A DNA stretch of 63,266 nt, the filler included, from Octopus bimaculoides (lineage: Eukaryota): assembly GCF_001194135.2 (NCBI RefSeq). It is 6 parts of 5 records of this genome, joined end to end, with 100 filler letters (N's around TTAATTAATTAA, not from the genome) between each part and the next. Parts side by side here need not be neighbours in the genome. Positions count along the whole stretch, not along the records: positions 49,928 to 56,761 come from NW_026325385.1; positions 56,862 to 61,449 come from NC_068999.1; positions 61,550 to 63,266 come from NW_026350913.1; 3 more parts are not named here. One strand, given 5' to 3'. Position 1 is the first letter of the stretch, and each line of letters starts with the position of its first letter. The position numbers and the translations under genes are program-made. This document shows positions 54,403 through 63,266 of the stretch, piece after piece. The notes beneath the pieces were generated by a model. That model did not search any database. It was not told where the DNA came from and worked only from the letters and a program-made list of their open reading frames with translations.

Positions 54403-54570
54403 TGGTGCGAGCGTGGCTTTATGAGTGAGAAGCTTGCTTTCCAACCACATGGTTCTGGGTTCAGTCCCACTGCGTGGCATCTTGGACAAGTGTCTTTTAC
54501 TATAGCCTCAGGCCGACCAAAGTCTTGTGAGTGGATTTGCTTGATGGAAACTGAAAGAAGCTCGTCGCAT
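54403..54570 (+). mobile_element. SINE family B, 5' half
   Basis: ggtgcgagcgtggc...ggttcagtcccactgcgtggcatcttggacaagtgtc. Confidence 0.85.
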
Positions 54571-54648
54571 ATATATATATATATACAAACGCACCGATAT
54601 ATACATACATACTTACACACAGATTATACATGCATATACATACATGTT

Positions 54649-54714
<66 letters not shown>

Positions 54715-54758
54715 AGAAGGGAATTACAAAGGATACACCTTAAACAATTAAAAATTGT

Positions 54759-54981
54759 GGCACTGTCATGGTATTAGCTGTCAGAATTGAAAGTAGAACT
54801 GACAAGGAACGTTACTACTGGTTTGAGTTGATTCTTTGGCTACTGACTAGCCGGAGCTATCTATCTGTCTGTCTGTCTGGTATTAGCTGTCAGTAGCCAA
54901 AGAATCAACTCAAACCAGCAGTAACGTTCCTTGTCAGATTTTTCTACTTTCACTTCTGACAGCTAATACCATGACAGTGCC
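54759..54981. mobile_element. 223-bp foldback MITE with about 90-bp TIRs and an 8-bp TSD
   Basis: Arms 54759-54847 and 54889-54981 are near-perfect inverted repeats starting GGCACTGTCATGG; AAAATTGT at 54751-54758 and 54982-54989. Confidence 0.88.
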
Positions 54982-55029
54982 AAAATTGTTCATAAATCTA
55001 TGGTCAAGCATAATAAATAAATAAATGCG

Positions 55030-55925
55030 CCCTTTTAAAGCCTGGCCAGGCTCATGGGCCCGGTTTCCCGGTTTCAATGGCGTATATGTGTTTATTGAGC
55101 GAAAACACCTAAAATGCTCCACGAGGCTCCGGCAGCGGATGGTGGCGGAACCCTGCTGTACTCTTTCACGTGCAGGCTGTTCTGTTGATCGGATTAAGTG
55201 GAACCCTCGTCGTCGTAAGCGACGGAGTGTCAACAATATATATATATCGTTGGCACTCCGTGGAGGAATGTGTGTGTGTGTGTATTTATATATTCGTACA
55301 TACCCACATACATACGTACCAAATCCACTGACAAGGCTTTGGTCGGACCTAGGTTATAGTAGAAAGCACTTGCCCTAGGTGCCACGCAGTAGGACTGAAC
55401 CCAGAACCATGTAGTCTGTGAGGCAAGCTTCTTACCACACAGCAACGGCTTGCGCCTGTGTGAGAAATAATTATGAACAATGCAGAACAATAACAATGTC
55501 AGTGTCTTAAGTATTTCATTCAGATATTCTTTTCTAATGTAGGCACAAGGCCCGAAATTTTGAGAGAGGGAGCCAGTCGATTAGATCGATCCTAGTACGC
55601 AACTGGTACGAAATTTATCGATTTCGAATGGATGAAAGGCAAAATCGACCTCGGCGGAATTTGAACTCAGAACGTTTAGACAGAAGAAATACCTATTTCT
55701 TTACTGCCCACAAGGGGCTAAACAGAGAGGGGACAACCAAGGACAGACAAAGGGATTAAGTCGATTACATCGACCCCAGTGCGTAACTGGTACTTATTTA
55801 ATCGACCCCGAAAGGATGAAAGGCAAAGTCGACCTCGGCGGAATTTGAACTCAGAACGTCACGGCAGACGAAATACCGCTAAGCATTTCACCCGGCGTGC
55901 TAACGTTTCTGCCAGCTCGCTGCCT
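55030..55925. mobile_element. SINE cluster: C (+, 55030-55230), B (-, 55310-55460), two A copies (-, 55535-55925)
   Basis: Family-specific sequences as in the other copies. Confidence 0.85.
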
Positions 55926-56313
55926 TGTTTCATTCAAATATTGCATTACCCATCGAACGTGCTACAACTGTTAGTTTCACTGTTTTTCGGGAACTAATTA
56001 AGTAATTGCGCTAATCCAGTACTGATATGTGTCTCATGCGCATAACACTCAACTACACACATGCATATACATACATATATACACATAGAGATACATTATG
56101 CAAAAAAAGATACAAACATGTTTCTACGTGCACACACACACGAATGCTGTATTTCGTGTGTGCGTGTTTGTGTGAACGTGAGAGACAAGATATGGCGAGT
56201 TACGGAGGACGTTTTGACGAGGGTGTGTTGTGATTCTGAGCTGATATGGTGAATGTCAGATGGAGATGTGATTCGCGTATGTGTGTGGACGCCATATGTG
56301 CATGTATTTAAAA

Positions 56314-56372
<59 letters not shown>

Positions 56373-56503
56373 GTGTGTGTATATATATATCCATGTGTGT
56401 AAATACAATCAAACAGATGAGTCCGTGAAAACAGAAGAGAATGAAAAACAGAGCAAAACAGACACGGAGACACAGAAAGACGAGATAAATAGTTATACAT
56501 ACA

Positions 56504-56539
<36 letters not shown>

Positions 56540-56889
56540 TGTGTTTGTGTATATATGCATGTAGGAAGAGAGCGAGAGAGAGAGATCGAGTTTTACGTGT
56601 GGCGGTGTAAAGTCAAAACTCAGCACACCACTCACAACCACACATGTAACTATTAGAAAGAAAAACAACCAACTGGCGCCAGTTGCTCGTTAAGGAATCT
56701 CGCCCTACACCGCCCCATCGTCGGCCCTCAACCCCCCCTAACGAACCCCTCCTCTCTATAGNNNNNNNNNNNNNNNNNNNNNNNNNNNNNNNNNNNNNNN
56801 NNNNNTTAATTAATTAANNNNNNNNNNNNNNNNNNNNNNNNNNNNNNNNNNNNNNNNNNNNTATATATATATGCACACACACACACAGA

Positions 56890-58110
56890 CATTACGTGAG
56901 TAAATAGACCCCCCACCACATAAAACATCGTTTTATGTTTATTGTAACTTGTAAAAGTTTATATCCTTTATTAATTGACATTTTTATGTTTCAGGTTCTA
57001 TATATGACTGTTTAATACTGCCATGTACAAAAGAAACCTTGGAACTGTCTGAATTTCATAGAGGCCATATTGTGGGTCATTCTGAAGGTGGACGTAACAT
57101 AAAATTGCAGAAAACCTTGGGATCCCGCTTTCTACAGTTAATAAAGTGATTATGCAATTCACTAGAGAGGGGAAGAGGTCCACATCACCTCGCCCAAATC
57201 AACCAGGACCCTCTGACAGGACCCTTCTCTTAGCAAAGAGAGGAGGATAATCCTCATTGCAAGGCTTTTGACATAGCAGATTAAGTTGATTAAGTTGATG
57301 TCAGTCCCAGAACAGCTGTCAGGTATCTCCACAAACTTGGTTACTAATGCAGAGCAGCAACATGGAAGCCATTTCTTCGACCAGCCAACATCAAACTGAG
57401 TAAAAGATTGGGCCAGTGAGATGGTGGAGATACCACTAGCATTTTGGGACACTGTCATATTCTCTGATGAGTCCAGATTTGTCAGTATTTCCTGACAGTA
57501 ACGAGTGTGGGTCTGGAGACTCTGTGATCAAGAATTTGGTTTGAAAAGATTGCAGCTAACAATGAAACAAGGCAGCTATTCTACGATGGTGTGTAGAGCG
57601 ATTTGGAGCAATGGCTGATCGGAGCTGTGAAGGAAACTTAAGCTCAGATAAATATGCGTCCATATTGCAGAAAGGACTCCTTCCAATCTTCTCCAGTGGA
57701 GAAAATAATTAAAGAATATTCTTTATTTATGGAAGATGGGGCTCCTTGTCAGAGCTAAAATGACCCAAGATTTGTTGTTGGATGAGAATGGCATTAAAAT
57801 GCTTCCATGCCCAAGTCAGTCACCAGATATTACGGGTATGAACCCTATTGAACACCTCTGGGACATAATGGACAGGACACTTCATAAAATGAACAAGAAA
57901 GCATCTTCAAAGTCAGACCTTTGAGATTACTGCTTGAAACTTGTCAAGAAATTCTGCAAGAGAATATTCGTCACCTGATCAGTAGCATGCCTAATAGGGT
58001 CCTTGTATTGAAAAATGCAAAGGGCATGTCTACTAAATATTAAATATTCACATTATAACAACTAATAAATAATTTGAATGTATAAGTTCAGATTTGAATA
58101 AGTTTTAATG
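56890..58110 (+). mobile_element. Degenerate Tc1-like (DD34E) transposon
   Basis: N-terminal HTH-like segment ([10 protein letters not shown]), VIFSDESRF, FMEDGAPC and SPD(ITG)MNPIEHLWD, with stops and frameshifts. Confidence 0.85.
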
Positions 58111-58119
58111 TTTAAAGGG

Positions 58120-59175
58120 GTGTCTGTAATTGCTGGCACAATGCCGCCTGATTGTTTGGGATGAATGCACAATGGCTTACAAGGGTGCCCTTGAGGCATT
58201 AAATAGAACTTTGCGAGACATAAAAGAAGGCCACGAACCGATTGGGGGTGTCACTGTGTTGCTATCTTGGGACTTTAGACAAACCTTGCCAGTGATTCCG
58301 AAAAGCACAAAGGCGGATGAAGTAATGGCGTGTCTTAAATCTTCACCTCTATTGGGTCATATTGTTACTTTAAAGTTAGAATCCAACATGAGAGCGCGCC
58401 TTGTCAGAAGATTTTGCGAGGGACATTCTCCTTCTTGGCAATGCTGAAGTTCCAGAAGACGGAAATGAAAATGTTGACATAAGTATCATCTGCACAATAG
58501 CCAGTACTATCCAGAGTCTTCAGGACCAGGTCTTCCCAGGCCTAGAAGTCCACAACGGAGATCTAGACTGGCTTTGCCAAGAGCCATTTTGGCTCCTAAA
58601 AACGTTGCAGTCAGTGCAATCAACAACAGCCTCTTACTGCGTTTGCCTGGGGACGTAACAGTCTATAAGTCAGTAGACACCATTCCCAATCAGGATGAGG
58701 TAGTTGATTATCCCACTGAATTTTTGAATTCCTTGGAGCTTTCGGGTGTACCTCCACATATTCTTACTCTTAAAGCCCTGTTATACTGATAAGGAATTTA
58801 AATCCACCGACGTTGTGCAACGGTACACGCATTGTTATCACAAAATTACTTCCCAATGTCATTGAAGCAACGATTATGACCGTCTGTGGTAAAGGTCAAG
58901 ACGTCTTCATACCGCGAACTCCCCTCGTGTCTTCGGCTGCTGACTCACCGTTCACATTCCGCAGAGTGCAGTTTCCGATTAGACTCAGTTACACCATGTC
59001 CATAAATAAGTCCCAGGGGCAGTCGATGTCTGTCGTTGGACTTTACTTAGCCGAACCATGCTTTTCACATGGTCAACTGTACGTTGGCTGCTCAAGAGTG
59101 GGTTGTAGGAACAGTTTACATGCCTTCATCTCCAAGGGGGAAACTAAAAATGTTGTTTATAAGGAAGTTTTGTAG
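58120..59175 (+). mobile_element. Helitron PIF1-like helicase, C-terminal part with three frameshifts
   Basis: LIVWDECTM, DFRQTLPV, AILAPKN, YPTEFLNSLELSGVPPHILTLK, CNGTR, QFPIRLSYTMSINKSQGQS and FSHGQLYVGCSRV; stop at 59175. Confidence 0.93.
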
Positions 59176-61199
59176 ACTGGCGCCATATTTCGGTTCTATG
59201 TTATTGATGTTATAATTTTTGTTGGTTTATTTTTTCACTTGATTGTTGTCGTAACATTACACGTGCAGTTCCCTTAAAGAGTTACTTAGGCATTAGTCTT
59301 GCTATAAAACGTGAAAGGTGCTTAAGGGAGGGGGTATTAATCGCTTTATTACGTAAATAGCCTCTTCGAACTATCGNNNNNNNNNNNNNNNNNNNNNNNN
59401 NNNNNNNNNNNNNNNNNNNNNNNNNNNNNNNNNNNNNNNNNNNNNNNNNNNNNNNNNNNNNNNNNNNNNNNNNNNNNNNNNNNNNNNNNNNNNNNNNNNN
59501 NNNNNNNNNNNNNNNNNNNNNNNNNNNNNNNNNNNNNNNNNNNNNNNNNNNNNNNNNNNNNNNNNNNNNNNNNNNNNNNNNNNNNNNNNNNNNNNNNNNN
59601 NNNNNNNNNNNNNNNNNNNNNNNNNNNNNNNNNNNNNNNNNNNNNNNNNNNNNNNNNNNNNNNNNNNNNNNNNNNNNNNNNNNNNNNNNNNNNNNNNNNN
59701 NNNNNNNNNNNNNNNNNNNNNNNNNNNNNNNNNNNNNNNNNNNNNNNNNNNNNNNNNNNNNNNNNNNNNNNNNNNNNNNNNNNNNNNNNNNNNNNNNNNN
59801 NNNNNNNNNNNNNNNNNNNNNNNNNNNNNNNNNNNNNNNNNNNNNNNNNNNNNNNNNNNNNNNNNNNNNNNNNNNNNNNNNNNNNNNNNNNNNNNNNNNN
59901 NAATTTGTTAAAAATGGAGAAGAGATGTTAAAAGTTGAAAAAATTTTGATACATCCAAACGATCGTGTGTCTTCTCTTCTCCATTTTTAACAAATTTGTT
60001 GATTTCTATGGAATACCTTTCCATAAATTCTCATAACACACCATATACAAGTATTATTTTCACATTTGTGAACTTACGCCAGTAAGCTACCAGCAAAATA
60101 TGAAGAATCTTTATTAGAAATTGCTTTTTTTATGGAACCCTCCAAATTAAAGAATGAAATATAATTCAACCTTTTCACACACACATACGCACACACACGA
60201 TGGACTTCTTTCAGGTTCCATCTACCAAACCCACTCACAAGTCGTTGGTGGGCCTGGGGCTATAGCAGAAGACACTTGCTCAAGGTGCTATTCAGTGAGA
60301 CTGAACTTGAAACCACACACTCATGCCTATATATATAACACAGTGTATTATGGAAGTCAGTCGGCCCCGTTTAGAGGAATACGGTAAAAGAAGACATCTA
60401 CGGACACAGATGAGGAGCCTGCAAATCTAACACCCAAAATACATTTTCAGTTTAATGCCAGTTATTAGAGCAGCAGGATACTTAGCAACCTGCCCTTAGA
60501 TTATTGTCAAAAGAACATAGCTTCATAATTTATGCGTTACAGATGATCCTGGTATCTGGGGTAATAACCTTTAAGATTGTTCAAAGGGAGAACAGTAATA
60601 TGAAGGCTAATAAAAAGTAGAAGCTTGTTTTAGTGGGGTTTTATATCCTTACAACTCTGTGTAGAGCAGGTGAACGGTCGAAATTAGCAGTAAAAGTATA
60701 GAAAGAAAAACATACTTGCATACGTATATTCATTAATAATATATACATGAATACATATACAAAATATGACAAAGACTCATAAATTATTGAATAGACGCTT
60801 GTTCTGAACACAGAGAGGTTTACGGTGTGTTGCAGATGCACATAGTCACATACATTCGCATATACTGTTACTCATAAAGCACACACACATACAAATACTG
60901 TAGCCTTGTTTGAAAACATACACTGAAACATAAGCGTGTGTGTATGTGTGTATGTGTAAATATCTATTTGACCTTTTAAACTTTTCTACCAACGAATACG
61001 ACGACGATGATGACGACGACGACGACAACAACTATCATCTCCACCACTACAGCAATCACGCAAAAACACAATAACGACCACAACGCGATGACAAGAATAA
61101 CAACAGCAACAAATAATAGCGATGCTAAAAACAAAGATTCCTAGTTGTCCCCCTTTTTATTACAGTAAGCAAAAGTTACCTCCCTTAGGTTATTGATCA

Positions 61200-61449
61200 C
61201 CTTACTACCATAGGCACAACACTTGAAATTTTGCGAGAACGGGGCTAATTGATTACATCGATCCCTGTTCTCAACTGGTAATTATTTCATCGACCCCTAT
61301 TGGATGAAAAGCAAAGTCGACCTCGGTGGTGTGTGAACTTAAAACATAAAGACGGACTAAATGCCGCTAAACATTTTATCCTAACGATTCTTTTCTACTC
61401 TAGGTACAAGGCCCGAAATTTTGGGGGAGGGGGCCAGTCGATTACATCG
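61200..61449 (-). mobile_element. SINE family A, two partial copies
   Basis: gattacatcgatccc...aaagtcgacctcgg; ctctaggtacaaggcccgaaattttggggg. Confidence 0.75.
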
Positions 61450-61817
61450 NNNNNNNNNNNNNNNNNNNNNNNNNNNNNNNNNNNNNNNNNNNNTTAATTA
61501 ATTAANNNNNNNNNNNNNNNNNNNNNNNNNNNNNNNNNNNNNNNNNNNNTGTATATATATATATATATACGTGTGTGTGTGTGTGTGTGTGTGTTTGTGC
61601 GTGCGCATATCTCTGTATATATGTGTGTCGGTGTGTTTACGTTTGGGTTACTTAGTAAGACCGAGTGAAGATTAGAGAAATATGTGCTGGGGGCGATTAG
61701 TACAGTTAAATTGTTGAAGGCAGCGTCTCAGCATAAGAACGAGAGCAAGTAAGAGATAAAAGATAAGTCAAAGATAAAAGATAATTCTGCTTTCAGCATA
61801 TTTAATATTTGTGGAGA

Positions 61818-62100
61818 AGCAATGGCCCAGTCGGAGATTCGCGGTTTCGATTCCCAGACCGGGCGTTGTGAGTGTTTATTGAGCGAAAACACCTAAAGGT
61901 CTATGAGGCTCCGGCAGGTGGTGATGGTGACCCCAGTTGTATTCTTTCTCCCAACTTTCTCTTACTCTTTCTTCCTGTTCCTTGAGTAACGATTCGATGG
62001 ACTGGAGTCTTGTCCAGCTGGGGGAGGGGGGGGGGGACACATACGCCATAGAAACCGGGCAACAGGGCCCATGAGCTTGGCTAGGCTATAAAAGGGCACA
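61818..62100 (+). mobile_element. SINE family C
   Basis: gcaatggcccagt...cgcggtttcgattcccagaccgggcgttgtgagtgtttattgagcg. Confidence 0.8.
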
Positions 62101-62280
62101 GAAAAGAATGAAAGGAAAGTATTTAATTGCTATTATGAACGTGTACACGTTGGACGTAAAAGTGTATTACCGAAAATAAATAATAAGACGTGGTTATATA
62201 GAACAACCTATCACAGAATTATTCTTTTCACACGCTGCCCACTCCGTACGACTCGAAAGTAGGAACTATATTCTTTTCTA

Positions 62281-62895
62281 CTCGTCATCACCATCATCAT
62301 CGTTGTCATCATCATCATCATCATCATCATCGTTGTCATCATCATCATCATCGTCGTCATCATCATCATCATCATCGTCGTCGTCGCCATCATCATCATC
62401 ATCATCNNNNNNNNNNNNNNNNNNNNNNNNNNNNNNNNNNNNNNNNNNNNNNNNNNNNNNNNNNNNNNNNNNNNNNNNNNNNNNNNNNNNNNNNNNNNNN
62501 NNNNNNNNNNNNNNNNNNNNNNNNNNNNNNNNNNNNNNNNNNNNNNNNNNNNNNNNNNNNNNNNNNNNNNNNNNNNNNNNNNNNNNNNNNNNNNNNNNNN
62601 NNNNNNNNNNNNNNNNNNNNNNNNNNNNNNNNNNNNNNNNNNNNNNNNNNNNNNNNNNNNNNNNNNNNNNNNNNNNNNNNNNNNNNNNNNNNNNNNNNNN
62701 NNNNNNNNNNNNNNNNNNNNNNNNNNNNNNNNNNNNNNNNNNNNNNNNNNNNNNNNNNNNNNNNNNNNNNNNNNNNNNNNNNNNNNNNNNNNNNNNNNNN
62801 NNNNNNNNNNNNNNNNNNNNNNNNNNNNNNNNNNNNNNNNNNNNNNNNNNNNNNNNNNNNNNNNNNNNNNNNNNNNNNNNTCATCATCATCGTCG

Positions 62896-62933
<38 letters not shown>

Positions 62934-63266
62934 GTTGTCATCATCATCATCATCATCACCTTCATCATCATCGTCATCAGCATCATCATCACCTTCATCA
63001 TCATCGTCATCAGCATCATCATCACCTTCATCATCATCGTTATCATCATCATCATCATTGTCATCAGCATCATCATCGTTGTCATCAGCATCATCATCGT
63101 TGTCATCAGCATCATCATCGTTGTCATAGTCGTTGTAGTCGTCGTCCTCCTCGCTTTCATCGCCATTACCAGCGGCACCGTTGTTGTCATTGGCAACATC
63201 ATTGTCGTAGTCATCGTCATCCGTGCCATCATTCCTCGTTATCATAGCCTCCTCTTCTTCCGCTTC
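62281..63266. repeat. (ATC)n-based low-complexity tract with 21-bp and 33-bp higher-order units
   Basis: ccttcatcatcatcgtcatcagcatcatcatca-type unit and tcatcgttgtcatcagcatca-type unit, each about three times; gap inside. Confidence 0.9.

Noticed and set aside
60301-60318. Minus-strand VWFQ as the missing helix-3 exon
   Set aside because: Continues VQ rather than NR, lies in a SINE B remnant, and has no supporting acceptor.
62211-63245. Poly-Asp ORF on the minus strand resembling an acidic shell or matrix protein
   Set aside because: A trinucleotide tract open in several frames on both strands, with a gap inside and no splice or domain evidence.

Overview
Eukaryotic, AT-rich (gene-poor) DNA full of microsatellites and transposable elements. 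The SINE families and repeat landscape suggest an octopod cephalopod genome (inference). About a sixth of the window is N gaps. Five identical 100-bp joins (44N-TTAATTAATTAA-44N) split it into six blocks whose order is assembly-inferred. The only host protein-coding sequence I can support is a 221-bp internal exon at 46675-46895 (+), which the ORF track missed. It encodes residues 1-46 of a divergent paired-class (PRD) homeodomain and ends at the class-diagnostic intron between residues 46 and 47; the helix-3 exon is not visible. The rest is transposon debris: RTE, CR1, Penelope-like and R4/Dong-like non-LTR fragments; Tc1, mariner and maT-like transposase relics; Helitron Rep and helicase fragments; several MITEs; and at least three tRNA-like SINE families. 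The most notable structural observations are (i) two RTE insertions with twin-priming-type 5' inversion geometry, one with a candidate TSD, (ii) minimal hammerhead-like motifs in a Penelope-type repeat flanking the homeobox exon, (iii) a maT/mariner chimeric transposon relic, and (iv) a hAT MITE inserted in the catalytic two-tyrosine motif of a Helitron Rep.
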